A stretch of 64,000 nucleotides of DNA from Lama glama (lineage: Eukaryota): the NCBI GenBank assembly GCA_028534125.1, contig CM052816.1, positions 88,786,001 through 88,850,000 of the forward strand, given 5' to 3'. The translations under genes and the position numbers were made by a program. Positions 35,598 to 49,990 of this stretch are shown here, piece after piece. Position 1 is the first letter of the stretch; each line of letters opens with the position of its first letter. The notes below the pieces were generated by a model. It was given only the letters and a program-made list of their open reading frames with translations. It ran no database searches and was not told where the DNA came from.

Positions 35598-38500
35598 AGT
35601 GGTGGTGGTGAAGAGTAATGCATATTACATATTTTTCAAGAACTATTGTACCTCACACAGATCTTTAATTAGACACCAACAGAATCGAACACTTTGCGAA
35701 GATTTTTTTTAATGTACGTCTTCCTCTTTCTCAAATGTTCGATAGCCCTAACCATCAACTTCCGTTAGCTTCAAATATCAGAACAAATCTCTCATTGCTT
35801 TATTATGAAAAACACATTGTTATATAAGGTCTTATGATTCCTGGTTTCAGTCTACAAAGCTCTTTGGACTCTTTGCAAGAAATATTATCACTGGCAGTTT
35901 AGAAGCTGCAAATTAACATTAATTCTGTATAGGCGGTAATCTCATGTGAGACAGTCCTAGAAAGGCAGTCTAGAGGTTCAAAAAGATAAATTAATTTTTC
36001 TTGAGTTTCATGACTATAATTTATTTCAAATGAGGATAGATATCAGGAAAGTTTATTTTCCCTAAACTTTTTTCAGATTTTTTTTTGTCCCTGAGAATTT
36101 TGATGGTATGATCTTGGCCATGTAGATACAAACTCTTAAGTCCTAGGATGAGACCGTTACAGTGCAAAGATCAAATGTCTCCCAACAGAAGTGATTCTCA
36201 GTTTCACACAATATGCAATTTCAGATTAGTTAACATCTAATACTGTTTCCTTTTTCACTTCTCCTAAGAAGCTGAGCAGTTGATTTGTATTCATTTATAT
36301 TCAATAAACAACATGAAATCTTTTTCTGTCACTGCTCCCATCCTCAAAATGCAGAAGAATGTGGCGGAGATTAATGGTCATGATTAACTCCCTACAGGTT
36401 GTGGTTTCATGCCCCGGTGATTATTCTGTCATTATTCTGCATGACATGCTGCTAGAGCCACATATGCTTTCAGCCACAAAGCCAGACAAGACCCAAAGGT
36501 CAAGCTACTTAGTAGCTTGATATTCCCTCGTTCTGCCATGTGTCCTCCCAGCAAAAATGAAACAAAACAAAAAAACCCACTGCAATTATATAATTAAAAT
36601 ATTAACATGGGCATATGAGGTTATGCATTAGAGTCTACTGTGAAGAAAAATAAATCAAAATCAGGAGATGAAAGAACGTTTTCCTTTAAAGCATCCAGCT
36701 TATCCACATGATGATTGCACTGGACAACTGGCTCTGATCAATTTAATTAGGGGTAGTTTAAAAACCAGCTCTCACTCCCTGCACCTCCTCTCATTCTCAT
36801 TTTAGATCATTCTGTTTTGTGAATTGCAGATTTTGAGTGCCTGCCCATTTCTTACACTCCCACTTAATGTTCCGTATTTTAGGGAAATGGGGGCATTTAG
36901 TCCGTCAATGTCTCTGCACTTCTCTTTTTCTGTTGACAAGTCAAGTCATAAGTCTGTGAGTTTCTCTGTCCAAAGAAATGATGTATTTTCTATTACAAAA
37001 GAGAATGGCCCTCAAAGTAAATTTTCTCAAACACAAAAGGGAAGATTAATTTCTATGCTCTATGGGGAAATATAAATGTAAAATAAGTCTGCTCCTAAAC
37101 TTTTCCAAATCCCCCAAATAGATTTTCACTAAATATTAATTCATATTTCTCAAGTATATGGGGTGTGAAGGCTAGGATACCACAACTTTAAGTTGCTGTA
37201 GCAAAATGTAGCCCCATTTTGATGCCACAGAAGACTGTAAATATTTCACAAAAGGAGAAACTTCGGACAAATTTTCTAGTTTGCTTCATTCTTCAAAAAG
37301 ATTATTTTTTCTCTGAAGTTTTTTCCATACATTGAAAAGAGTATTTGGTCTTGTTTTCATTTTGCCTTTTGGCTCTGGTGCCACTCTAATTCTAGATGCT
37401 CAGTATTAGAATTATAAGGCATTTGATTTTTCATGAGTTATAGCTCTAATATCTTTTACACCGTAAGAGCTTAACCCTCCATATTGCATCAGTATGTTTT
37501 CTATTTCTTTTAGTTCCCCTTCATAGTTTGTTTTTATAAAATTATGATTTATAGGAACATATATTTTGTCAAATATTTTAAAATGTGTCAAAACACTGCT
37601 AATTTGTATAGCACAGTACAGTTTCATTATATGTAAAGTAACTAATTAATAGATTTCAGTGCTTTCCATGGTTAAAAAATTCCATTTTTAAAGGGAAACT
37701 AACATCATTATAAGAATTGATAATCTATTTATGAAAATACACCTCTATTCTATATCCATTATATGTTGTGATCATACATATTCTGTTGCAATTTAATACA
37801 AATGCATACATTTTTGGAAACAAATCATGTATTACTTAATTCGCTATTACTTTATCCCCAAATTTCCTAGTAATAAAGAGAACTATAGACTGAGACCAAG
37901 GATGATTGAATGATGTATGTGAATCATCACTTCTTATCCCAAGGGAGAAGTAATGCTCAGAGTTAAAGTGAAAAGTTAAATTGAGAAGTTTCAGAGTCTG
38001 AATACTTTGATGGTATAATTCCTAAACTGTTCAAAATATCATAGACTTGGTTGTAAATATAATCCAAAGGATCATTCTGCAGGGCCTTGCAGTTCAAACT
38101 AGGCTAAGGTAAGTGGTGGGAAAGATCTCTGCATACTACCACCTGATCTCAGAAATGGAGCTACTATGGGCTGAGTAACGAAAATGGAAAGCAAACATCA
38201 ATTGCAGAATAGAACATTTTTCAGTATTCCTACTTGCTATAAGGGCTTGATTCCATATTTATCTATGGATATTATTATAATTTTTAATGAAATAGTTACT
38301 AGTAGCTGGTAGAATTATATATGTGTATTCACTATTATTCAGATATAAATACCTATACACACATGCAAACACACTCTAAAACAAATCATAAAAAGGTATT
38401 CAAAAGGCTAGGTAAGTTAAAGAAAACATTAACACCTGATAACTAACTGGGCTAGTTACTGGACAGTTACTAGCCTCTTGTGAAATACTGGAGTTGTTGA

Positions 38501-40324
38501 GTATGAAGTATTCTTTCAATTCTATTTTAAACCTCTGTCAGAGAGAAATGTAACTATGGTTGGAGTGGGCACACTGTTTAAATTTACTCCACGTTTAACT
38601 TTCCTCCCTTCACTGACCAAGATCAGGGTCATTCATTCCCATTCATTCATTCCCAAGATACATTTTAATTTATTGGAAATTCAAAAGTTGGTCATATCTA
38701 TAGCATCCACATTGATGAGTGAGACGGTACATGGCTGGATCCGTGGGTGAAGATGGAGTTTGGATGCTCCGTGAGTGGTAGAACACTGAGGTCAAGGCTG
38801 CAACGTAGGGCGGCATATGGCTCATTAGATCTGTGATCCACAGGAAACCACCGATCTGTTCTAGTGCAGTGTGTTAGGTGGCGAGATGGAAAATGGAACG
38901 TAACATCATTGTTCTCTTCCGAGCATTTGCAGCTATAACATGAAATATGTGAAGAAATTAGGCACTTTCAAACAAAACAATGCATATAGATTATCAATAT
39001 TGTATTGTCTACTATAGGACTATGCGAGAGAAGGAAATCTAGGAGTTGGGCTAAAGCCTGATGCAGAGCAGTTCTGAAGAGACTGGTGGCAGGGCAACGA
39101 AGGCAGGGGTCGGGGGGATTGGCAAGCCCAACTTCCCACCGAAAGTGTGGTTCTTCAGAGTGGAGAGGCCGGCAGCTCTCCCCAATTTACAGCCTGTTAC
39201 TTATAGATTCAGAGGCATTTAGACCACCCATGGCTCCAGCTGGCTGTTTTTATGCAGAAGAAAGCTCCTGCATCGTCATGCCCCTCCCTTCTCAATATCT
39301 TCAGTAGTCTCAACAATCAAAACTACTATATTCGTTTGAAGCCACTAGTTTGCTGAACCGTTAAGTTGTAACAATCCAAGTGATTCTTGGACCACTTTGT
39401 GTGTTCTGCCTTGTCAGCTTCCTCTGAGTAGAAAGTCTTCTCTGAAACGTGTTCCTACTGTAATAACTTGCAGGGTGCTAGGCTATCTAGGTTTTACCAA
39501 GCTCCTCCTGGAACCCGCATTATGATCACTTCCTGCTGCTTCCAGCATCAAGTCGCAGGTGCCAGTCATGCCTACACCATCAGAAACTTTAGGAAGGTTG
39601 ATTCTGGCCAAAACACTTCTCTTGCTGTTTCCTTTTAGCTGTTTCCTCATTGTTATTCACTGAATTCCAAACTCTTGAGGGAACAACGAATATGTTCATG
39701 AAATACTGAATAAGTGGATAGGAGGATTTTGCTGGCAGCAGTGAAATATGAAGGGAGGCAGAGAGCGGGTGGCATGGGGTTCTTTCTGAGAAGGATTCGA
39801 CTGCCAACAGTTTGAGCTTTTTTAAGAGACAGGAAAGAAAATGAAAAATTTGACAAATATTTTACAGTTAAAAACATAAGTTAACTTCTGGTGATTTTTT
39901 TTTGTGATTAGATTTTGTTCCTTTTTCCTCATTGAAATTAAAGCTTAAGAAACACAGGCAATGTCATATTCAGGAATAGTATAACATTCTTTAAATGTTA
40001 TAAATATAAAATGTTATAAATATAAAAACCTTTTAAATTTTATTGTCTTGTAATGAAAAGGAAATCATGTATACTATAATAAAAAGATGCCTGTTAAAAA
40101 GGAAGTCAGATTTATATTATTTTATTAAATTATAAAAAGATAGGAGCAAAGAAGTTCAGAACAATGTTCATGATCTCAGCAAAAAAAATCAATTGATTCT
40201 TTAAACAAAGTGACAAGATTTATGAAGAGGCTTCAGCTTTGTGTGGATAAATCAGACTTACATAGATATTTAAGATAATGATTTCCTTGCTTATTTGCTT
40301 AAGTCTAAGTCCCTTTCACTCAAA

Positions 40325-40480
40325 GAGTGGTTTATAACACTGGGCATATGTTAGTATCATGCAGAAAGTTTATATTTGTTTATTCCCATTTTTTGTTCTG
40401 ATTAGATTAGATTAGATATCAGGAGTTCTTTAAGATTTGCAGGTGTTTCTAATACATAAGCAGCACTGAGAAATACTGTA
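40325..40480. mobile_element. MER5-like fragment
   Basis: agtggtttataacactgggcatatgttagtatca...caggtgtttctaatacataagcagcactgagaaatactg. Confidence 0.55.
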
Positions 40481-41319
40481 TTCGGAGTGAGGCAGTCTCT
40501 TTGTGAACAATACAGACAAAAACATCTCTCTGCAATAAATTGGTAGCTAGCTTTATTCTCCCAGTAATGACTAATATCTGTGACAATCCTGCCATGCTTC
40601 AGTGCTTAGAAAAAATGTACAAATTAGTGCTGAATTACATCCTCTGTCAAGATTATTGACAGCTGCCAATCCATAATCCATATAAAAATGAACTGTGCCC
40701 ATTTTACAGGACAGGTCTGTCCTCTTTGAAATAGAGCCTTTTAACCTACAAAAGGATAGAGGGTCTCTTGAAAAAGCATGTGTTATCAAAAATCTTCTTA
40801 TTAATGAAAATGTTTCACTGCAAAAGAAAATTGGCCATCTAGGAATTAGGTGCTAGGTCACTTCAAACTCATAATATATAGTTTACCTGAAACAGTTTCA
40901 ATTACAAAGAATTTTCTAAGCTACAAATATATAGTTTAAAACCCAAACACTTACTGTGCAAATCCAAATTTTGAGCAAATATTTCCTTTATTCGAAACTG
41001 GGGAGGTGTTTATTTTTTCTCAGTAGTATTACAGGTCTTTATATACTCAGTATTGACAGCCTCACCATGTATTTTTATGGAAAGAGTAAATGCCATTTAA
41101 ACTGGGAGCTATTTTTGCCTAAGGATCTGTTTTCCTGCTAAACCCAAACTACTCCCCAGTTCTTTAGATTTTATAATCAGTAAAAAATTCAGACTAATAT
41201 AAGTTAAGTTCTGAAACTATCAGCCAAGTTTTACACTATAAAAAACATAGTATAAAAATTGCAGTAGGAAAGTTTTCTTCAGTCAACATGTATTGAAGGA
41301 CATCCTCTTCTGCTCATAA

Positions 41320-41788
41320 AGATTAATAGCTACAAATTTTATCCTCATGCAGTATAAAATTTAAACCAGGAAATTAGACAAAACATAGGAAACAATTATT
41401 TTAGACATTGCACCATAAAGATCAAAGAACTATGGTCCCTGTGGAAAGGGAAGCAAATGAGGTGAGATATTTCCCAGTACATCAACACTGTAGGAAGTTG
41501 AAAGCAAAATGCAGCCCTGTCGCCTGGCTGAACTAAGGAGACAGAGGTTAGAATTTGGAGAGGTTAAGATGGCCAGAAACTATGGAACAGATTTATGGAA
41601 GGAAATACTGCATGAAGACCTCCAAAAATATGGACTTTGATCTGAGAGAAAATGACTGAAGGGCAAAATCATTAGAAATCAGGAGGCAAAGTGTTTCCCA
41701 CAGCTCGGAATAGTTTATAATCCCAGTGATGAGAAGAGAGAGACCTCAGTCACACGGGAACAGGGGTGACTCCTCAGAAGGGCTTTAT
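41320..41788 (+). mobile_element. Probable old L1 5' region fragment (L1M4/L1MC-like)
   Basis: Purine-rich segment resembling recalled L1M 5'-end sequence (gaactaaggagacagaggttagaatttggagagg...gactcctcagaaggg). Family assignment is uncertain. Confidence 0.45.
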
Positions 41789-42210
41789 ATGGTAGGCAGA
41801 ATAGCGTCCCCCTTTGCCCCATCCCCTGCAAATGTAATCTCCCCTCCCTAGGTATTGATTCTCTTACATGGCCGAAGGGGCTTAACAGATGGAATCTAGA
41901 TTACAGACTTTAAAATAGGGGGATTGTCTTGGGTTATACAGGTGGGCTAGATGGAATCGCATGGTTCCTTACAGTGGAAGAGGAAGACAGAACAGTCAGA
42001 GACACATGGCAGCAGAGGAAGGAGGAGGAGAGATGGGGAGCATGAGGGCTTTGACGTGCCATTGATGGCTTTGAGGATGAAGCAAGGGGGTCATGTGTGT
42101 CCGTGAGTCAAGGGATGAAGATGGCCTCTAACAGCTAAAAACAATCCTCAGCTGGCAGGAAGCAAGCGCGTCATAACCTCAGTCCTCCCACCATGAGGAA
42201 CTGCATTCTG
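41789..42210 (+). mobile_element. MaLR LTR (MLT1D/E-like), 3'-incomplete
   Basis: tggtaggcagaatagc...actttaaaatagggggattgtcttgggttatacaggtgggc...acctcagtcctcccaccatgaggaactgcattctg. Confidence 0.8.
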
Positions 42211-42469
42211 AAATGGTTTCTCTCTGGTACATTTTTTTTTTCTTTTTACAATTTCTTCCCCCTCTGTTTCAATGTAATTTTACATGTTGAGTATGATTAA
42301 ATGCTAAATTTTCAAAACATTTAGCTTTCTTTTCAAGTCAGAAAATAAATTTTTTTTCCTTAACAAGAGATCTATCAAAATACCATGTCAATCTACATTT
42401 ATAGCCCAATGTACACATGGATAGGATTTCTCCCAAAATTTCTAAAATGTCACCCACACAACAAATGAT

Positions 42470-42923
42470 ATTTTTTAATTGAAGTACAGTCAGTTTATAA
42501 TGTTGTGTCAATTTTTGGTGTACAGCATGTTTCAGTCATACATATACATACATATATTCCTTTTCATATTCTTTTTCTTTTGTTGGTTACTACAAGATAT
42601 TGAATATAGTTCCTTATGCTATACAGTAGGACCTTATTGTTTATCTATTTTATATATAGTAGTTAGTATCTGCAAATCTTGAACTCCCAATTTATCCTTT
42701 CTCACCCCCTTTCCACTTGGTAACCCGAATTTTGTTTTCTATGTTTGTGAGTTTGTTTCTGTTTTGTAAATAAGTGCATTTGTGTCTTTTTTTTAGATTC
42801 CACATATATGTGATCTCATATGGTATTTTTCTTTCTCTTTCTGGCTTACTTCACTTAGTATGATGATCTCCAGGTCGATCCATGTTGCTGCAAATGGTAA
42901 ATTCTACTCTTTTTTTTTTTTTT
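42470..42923 (-). mobile_element. L1 3' end running into an assembly gap
   Basis: Same 3' UTR as the elements at 27051 and 62870 (ttttttaattgaagtacagtc...gctatacagtaggacc...ttagattccacatat). Confidence 0.92.
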
Positions 42924-43023
42924 NNNNNNNNNNNNNNNNNNNNNNNNNNNNNNNNNNNNNNNNNNNNNNNNNNNNNNNNNNNNNNNNNNNNNNNNNNNNN
43001 NNNNNNNNNNNNNNNNNNNNNNN
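42924..43023. other. Assembly gap (100 N)
   Basis: Run of N. Confidence 1.
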
Positions 43024-43353
43024 GTGAGAGAACGCTATTGCTGTCAGGAAGTTCTGATTATCAAAGGTGAGCTACAATCAGAATGAAGCACAAACTTAAG
43101 AACAAAACAAAAGTTTAAAAAAAATTATACAGTAAACTTATACAAAGAGCTCAGAAGTTAGCCACTGATGATAAATAATTTGCTGTTCAGGTTTTATTAA
43201 TATATTATTAGCAGTCAAAGGTAAAGCAGCACAATCTGCAATGATTAAAGGCCTATAGGATATGGCATAAGGTTAAAAAATATCTGGGCTACTTGGTTCC
43301 AGAAGTAAAGACCAGTGGTTAATTTTAATAAAACTCTTAAAGGTTAGACTATG

Positions 43354-43463
43354 TTTCTTTCCTTTTCTTTCTTTCTCTCTTCTCTTTCTTCTTCCTTCCT
43401 TCTCTTTCTTCTTTTTTCCTTCCTTCTCTTTCTTCCTTCCTATCTTCCTTCCCTTCTTTTTTC
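43354..43463. repeat. Polypyrimidine (CTTT/CTTC/CT)n simple repeat
   Basis: About 110 bp of almost pure C/T. Confidence 0.92.
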
Positions 43464-44871
43464 TATTAAAAATGTGAGAATTTGTTCTGTAAGGTAGATG
43501 AAGAAATTACTGATAGAAATGGTACTGAAAGTGGATGGATGGGGTACAAAGAGAACAAAAGTCAGTGAAGGGTGGATCTGTTCAGATTGAAGTCACTATG
43601 ACTGACCAAAAACTTAGTTTTCAGCTTTGAAGAAATCTTTGAATTTTTTTTTTAAAGAGACAGACAAGAAAAATATAATCACCTTTTCTTTTCATAAATA
43701 ATTCAACTATTTCTCCATGAAAACGGACAAGGACAATTTAGTGCTGTCAGTGTGTTTCACATTTCTACTTTGGTGTATAGATGCATGTACATACTTGTTT
43801 CATTTTAAAATATATTTTGTTTGATTATTCCTTAATGCTTCTCTTTATATAATATCAAAATATTGAATTAATAGATTTGACTATCAGGTCATTTTCATCA
43901 AATAATTTTTTTGACTAAAGAAACATACACTTAATACTGCAATTTTCTACACATACTAAAACATTGCCATAGCTTCCAAAGATAGTATTAATTCATACAA
44001 AAGTTCTTCAGCTGTCAAAATGTCTTCAATTATTGTTTTTATTTGTACTTAGTGTTCATAAAGTTGTGTGCTGTAATTTTTACAACCCAATGGAGATTGT
44101 ACCAATTGATATAATGTCTTAACTTCTAATGTATGTCACATGTTTAAGATACTTTTCTTTATGGAAATGTTGAAACATCAATAAGGATTTCAAATTGTGT
44201 GTGTGTGTGACATGAATATTACTGTTTAAAAATTTTTAACTTTATTTGGTACCTCAAAAGTTTTTTTTTAAATATATGAAAACCTGTGCCATTTTAAGGT
44301 AAAATATGGGTACCATATGTCTTTCTACAGAAATTAGTAACAGCAATGTAAACTTTTGGTTAATTTGAAGTTCTGATTAAGTACTCTTTTTATTGTATCA
44401 ACTCTTACAAGGATACTTAAGTGAAAAAATTCAAAGATAAAAAATGAAGATCAGATGAGGTCATCGTATGAAACAAAATGGCATGCCTATTTGCATAAAG
44501 GAAATAAGATATTTGTATCTTCTTTTGCAAAGTTAGAAGGATAAAATATCCCAGTAAAAGGGATCAACCTGTGAATGGCATGAAAGTGCAAATAATGCTG
44601 ATGATTCATTTATAGCCAGAAATAGAAACTAATACATTTATTTAGACTTTGTTTAAATGTAGCGCTTTTTAAATTCCTTCTACTCATTTGATTTACACAT
44701 CTAAAATCAGGAAGTTTTATGCTATGCTTTTATTTAAATAAAATTTAGGTTCAGCATATTTGAATATTTAAATGAGTCAAAACTCCCTATATTTTGCATG
44801 CCTTCCACTTGCCCTGTGTAAGCAGCATGGTTTTCAGATGCAGTAAGAGATGTTTTTCTTTCCTCAGAGGA

Positions 44872-45322
44872 GTATATTAATTTGCTAGACCTACTGTAAT
44901 CCACACCCTAGGTGGCTGAAACAACAGAAATGTGTTGTCTCACGGTTCTGGAGAATAGAAGTTCAAGAGTAAGGTGTTGGCAGAACTGGTTCCCTCTGAG
45001 GACGGTGAGACAATCTGTTCCCCGCCTCTAGCAGAGCTTTTGGAGGTTTGCTGGCAGTGTGAGGAGTTCCTGGCTTGTAGAAGCGTCACTCTGATTTCTG
45101 CCACCTTCACTTGGGTTTCTCCCTGTGCACGTGCCTGCTTCCAAATTTCCCCTTTTAGAAGTACACTAGTCACACTGGATCAGGGCCCAACCTAATGCCT
45201 TCATTTAACTTGATTATCTCTGTAAATATCCTACCTCCAAATAAGGTTACATTCTGAGATACTGGGGTTAGCACTTCAACATATGAATTTGAAGGTGGTG
45301 GGCACTATTTAACTCATAAGAC
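44872..45322 (-). mobile_element. MaLR LTR (MLT1C-like)
   Basis: ggtggctgaaacaacagaaatgtgttgtctcacggttctggag...ccaaataaggttacattctgagatactggggttagcacttcaacatatgaatt. Confidence 0.9.
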
Positions 45323-46734
45323 GCAAAAGATTGTTTATGAGACAATATTAAAATATTACAAAGCTGTGTAAGAATCTACACAATAATACAGAGCCAACTG
45401 AATATTGAGTGAAATGATTTATTGTAAACTAAACAGAGAAACATTGTAAAAACTATTAGAAGGCTTGAGATTTTTAGTTAGTTGTTGAAATATTTAATGG
45501 TAATGAATTGTCAAAATGTATAAAGAAATATCATGGACATACTAAAGCATACTAAAGAAGTGAGATAAAAACAACAAAACAAAACCAAAAACCCAGAAAC
45601 CCATATGCTGATCATCTCGGGCCTCAGACTGTCCTTGGCTTCAGAAATAATGTTGAAGATTACAGCTCTATGAGAAGGTCAGTTAGTGGAGACCATGTGA
45701 GCTTGGGAGTTATGACTGCAGTACTGGAATGTAAGAAGTCACTTGAGTTGAAGGGCAATGTAAGAAAACTGTTCATGGGAAATTTCTTTAGCATCATGTA
45801 CAGAGCGAAAAAGAAACTCAGAGAAGTTAGGCAATTACAGCAAAGAAAACACTTGTTGGTTACTGTTCTAGTAGTTTCTGCATAAGAAAATAAAGCGTAG
45901 CTGTAGACACAGTGACAGTAGTTTACAATCAGCAGGACTTAAAATCTAACCTGAAATGGGGTTGGAGGTAGCTGGGTATTTGTACCTGAAGGTAAATGTA
46001 CATAAACACACAAACACATGCATTGTATATGGTAATCACACTATTATGTAGAATCTTTACTCTCTCAATTTGTATTTTTTTCTCTAAATTGATTATTGGT
46101 GAGAAAGTAAGAAGCAATACCCATTCTTGTATTTTTTTTCCTATTAAACATCAATGTAAAATTTTAAGTGAATTTATTAAATGCCTTAATAAAATATTTA
46201 ACATATAGTATGTGTGTGTATACAAAAACACATATACAAGTACATACATATATTTAGGCAGGACATTTAGGACAGTTCTATAATTTGGACTGAGAAGAAA
46301 AATGACTGAATTGTAGCATTAATGGACAAATACTGCCTTTTGCTATTCTGTCAAATAAGAGACCCCCTTTTTCAAATTCAGAGAAAGATAAATTCTGGGT
46401 TTGAAAAATTCTGAGTCATAAAATAGCCTAAATATGAGTAGATAAATAAATCACTTAAGGTCCTATCTTGGTGTATATTTGCATGTGAATGTGTGAATGT
46501 ATGTATATGTATGTGCGTGTGTGTGTGTGTGTATAAAACAATTGGGGTGTAGACTTACCCTACACCTTATCTTAGATGAGCAATTAAAATACAATTATGT
46601 CACCTTTTGCTGATTTGATTTTCTTCACAAAACCCACATGTTGATTAATTGGAGAAAACATATTGTCTATCCAATTTAAGCTTAGAAAAATAAACAAATT
46701 TAAATAATCATCTTTGGTTATCACATAAATAAGA

Positions 46735-47710
46735 AACTCCATCTCCCAGGTGTTGAGCTGCCCAGCCAGCTGCTTCCCTCTTTCCATCGTTCTCTCCATG
46801 AGCAGCAGGACCATGCAGAGAGAAGCAAGTGGGTGGGTGCTAGCTGAAAGAGTGGAGGTCCTGGAGCATGATGTCATTGGCCCCTGCTAGTCTCCAAGGT
46901 GTTCCTTCCTGTCTACAGATATGTGTGGCTAAATTTTGTGGCTAGTGTAAGTCCTACGTGGACAGATCTATGGGTTCTACCTTGCTTTGGACTCCCCTCA
47001 ACAACTGCTGACATTGTAGAGCCCTGGAGGTCAGGCCCCTCACTGTATGATTCATTTAGCAGAATTTCCTATAAAGACATGTCACTCCTTCTCTGGTGTA
47101 GCTGTACGGCAAGTTCCCCAGACAAAATCTCAGGAACATCTGAGATTCCTCCCAGAGAAACAGTAAAGTTAAATTTCATAGCTACAACCACAGAGTTGTG
47201 GTCTGATTCTACTACACCATTTGTTTTGTTGTTTCTCACATTGTTGCCTTCAATTTACCAACAGGAAATAGATACATGAATCATATCAACCCTCAGGGCA
47301 TCGTCCATCATGTAAGTAACATAGCTGCCTTCTCTCCAGGCAAGAGCCTAGAGAAGGAGGTTACACTTAGTCCTAATGGCTTGCTGTCTTCTCTTCCTCT
47401 TGTTTTCTCCTTCCTGTCACTTCTGGGACTTCCTTCTTGCTTGGAAGAGGCCATTGCTGATTAACAAGTAACTCTATGTTTCTCATGCATAGCCATACAA
47501 ACTTGAGACCTCCAGGCTTGGTTGTTGACAGCCAAGAGAGTTACAATGTAATCTGGAAAATCCTTTCTCTGTCAGTAACACTTGTTTCTCACACCTAGTA
47601 TCTTGCTGTTAAATCCTACTTTTTATGTCAAAGCTGAGTTTTACCAGCTTTTTACTTTTGGAAGTTCTTCTCTAAAGTCCCAAAGTCACCACTAATCCCC
47701 AGACATCTAA
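46735..47710. mobile_element. Probable degenerate ERVL/MaLR-derived sequence (LTR16-like piece plus internal-like piece)
   Basis: GC-richer block. tggaggtcctggagcatgatgtcattggcccctgctagtctccaagg resembles LTR16-type sequence. The remainder is only loosely recognisable. Confidence 0.35.
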
Positions 47711-48399
47711 AACAAAGAGGGATAGTTCCATGCTATGGAAGAATAAAAAGAAAAGCAAACTCATTTAAAAATTTTCACACATCTATGTCTGCAGATAATA
47801 CTGTATATACAAAGTTAAAACTTACCAAAATGTATGGCATCCAAAAATATAATCATGTAAAATTCTGAGTCACTGCATAGATTAATGAAAGCCATTATTT
47901 TTCAAGTCAGTCTAACCAGTCACAAAACCACAAAGGTCAAGTCAGAAAATTGATATTATGTTCACTGATCATATGTTGACCTCCAGAAGTCTCAAATAAC
48001 CACTAGGCAATCACTTACTCCTGCCTGTACAATAAGAAAATTAGGACTGTAGCCAGTGTTCTTTTGAGAAATGGAGTTATGCAGAGGAATGAGTTCTAGA
48101 GTAATCAACACACATACACAAAACAAAACAAAACAAAAACCACAACACATGATATATAATCATAGACTAGGTACAGATGTGGGGTTATGGAGATTTAGTT
48201 TTTATTACAACAATGGTCCTTCTTTTCCTTGTAAAATCAGTTTTGAGATTTCCAAGCATACGAATGAAATGTCCGCTCTTCCTCTGCAGAAATCAATTCT
48301 GCGTGTGCTCATTAGAACCTGTGTTCATTTGCTAGATATCAGTTTATTTTTGAAGGTCTGAAAAAGTATATAATATTCAAGTAGTATGGAAAGATGATA

Positions 48400-48600
48400 C
48401 AAAGAACAATGACTTAAGATTTAGGCAATCCTGAGCTTGGTCACTTAACTATCTTTTCGAATGTGGCATTTAACTGAGTCTTCTGTTCATTTCTTCATCT
48501 GTTCATTGGACATATGCATATTTACTGTAAGGCACTATGTTAATATTAAGTGTAAAACAACATTCCTAGCACACAGTCTCCCTCAACATGGACATTTAAC
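48400..48600 (+). mobile_element. MIR fragment
   Basis: cttggtcacttaactatct...tttaactgagtcttctgttcatttcttcatctgt...cctagcacacagt. Confidence 0.55.
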
Positions 48601-48724
48601 ATACGAGAACACATATTGATATTAATGAACTCTCTAGAAAACAAACACATAAAAATGATTTGTCAGAGTTTGAAAACAAAAGGATATTCAGACAGCTAGT
48701 TATGCAAATTGATGCTCACTCTTA

Positions 48725-48908
48725 TTTTTTTAATTTTTTATTGAAGTGCAGTCGATTTACAATGCTGTATTAATTTCTGTTGTGCAGCATAGTAATTCAT
48801 TTATATGTATATATATTCTTTTTCATATTCTTCTTCATTATAGGCTAGTACAAGGTATTGAATATAATTCCCTGTGCAATACAATAGGACCTTGTTTATC
48901 TGTTTTAC
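48725..48908 (-). mobile_element. Very short L1 3' end
   Basis: ttttttattgaagtgcagtcgatttacaatg...attgaatataattccctgtgcaatacaataggaccttgtttatc. Confidence 0.88.
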
Positions 48909-49857
48909 AGATAACCATTCTTAAGTAATTTAAAATCATTATTTCGACCGATTTTTTTTAATCCAAGGGAAAGTGTAATCTTTGCTTGAGAAGTCAAATT
49001 TAAAATTTTAGAAAGTATATATAGGAAGAGGCTTTTAAGTAAAGAAAGAACTATTAATCAACATTTCAAAGTATGATTTAAACTTGCTGCTGGATTCCAA
49101 GTTCTCCGAAGCCAACCACTCTCCATCTCCTTGTATTATGCAGTCCCCTCCCTTCATCCTTCCCACCGATTTAATAGCTGCTTCACGAAGCAAGCACCCT
49201 TTAAAATGCTACTTGTCTTACTTAGCCCATGCAGCCTTAAATTTTGCTTTTAATTAAAAAACTAGGTCAATGAAATGGCTTATTTTGATCTGTCTCAAAA
49301 GAAAAGAAAAAAATATTTCTTAGTTCACTACTTACCCTAGATAAATAAAAGGAAAAAAATGATAGTCTTTGATGTTATCTCTATCAGTTGCATGAACTGA
49401 ATCTGTGGTGATGAAGATGTTAATGCTTCTACTAGTCCTTATTTTAATCTTAAAAACTTAGAGAAATTAGCACGGAATTAGTCAAGATTACTGTTGGTGC
49501 CCTCCTTGCTTCTGTAGTCCCCATGCTCATACTTTCTAAACATTCTCCAAGATTCTAGGAAAAGAGGGGACTCCACAAAGAGTGGTGGGCAGGTCCCTCC
49601 TCTCTCTCATTCCCCTGAAACATAGTGGGCAAAATGAAGCTTGAATATTCTATGGTTTGTGGATTTATAATGATTTTTCAAGATTGATTAAGCTAATATA
49701 AATGTTATAAAATTACTAAGAGCTTTAAAAGATTCTGGTAAAGAAACTTGAAAGATACAAAGATGCAAGTAAGAAAAGTAAAATAAGACAAATTCTCCTT
49801 TTCTTATAAGCTTTTCATCAGCTACATTATATTTTTAAAAATCTGACAAGAACCAGT

Positions 49858-49990
49858 TTCACATATATGTGTATATGTGCGTACACTTAGGTCTAATGGC
49901 TAATGCACACATATATACACACACACATATATACACACACCTATATATGTATATATCATATATATAGCTATATAGGTGTATATAGCTATA
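49858..49990. repeat. Degenerate (CA)/(TA) low-complexity tract
   Basis: Directly visible. Confidence 0.75.

Noticed and set aside
39993..40026. Short tandem duplication AAATGTTATAAATAT x2 (similar small ones at ~24733, ~45538 and ~60101)
   Set aside because: Ordinary slippage duplications in AT-rich DNA with no higher-order array.
46584..47464. ORFs of 97-126 aa
   Set aside because: They lie in probable LTR-element-derived sequence, have no splice context and resemble no protein I recognise.
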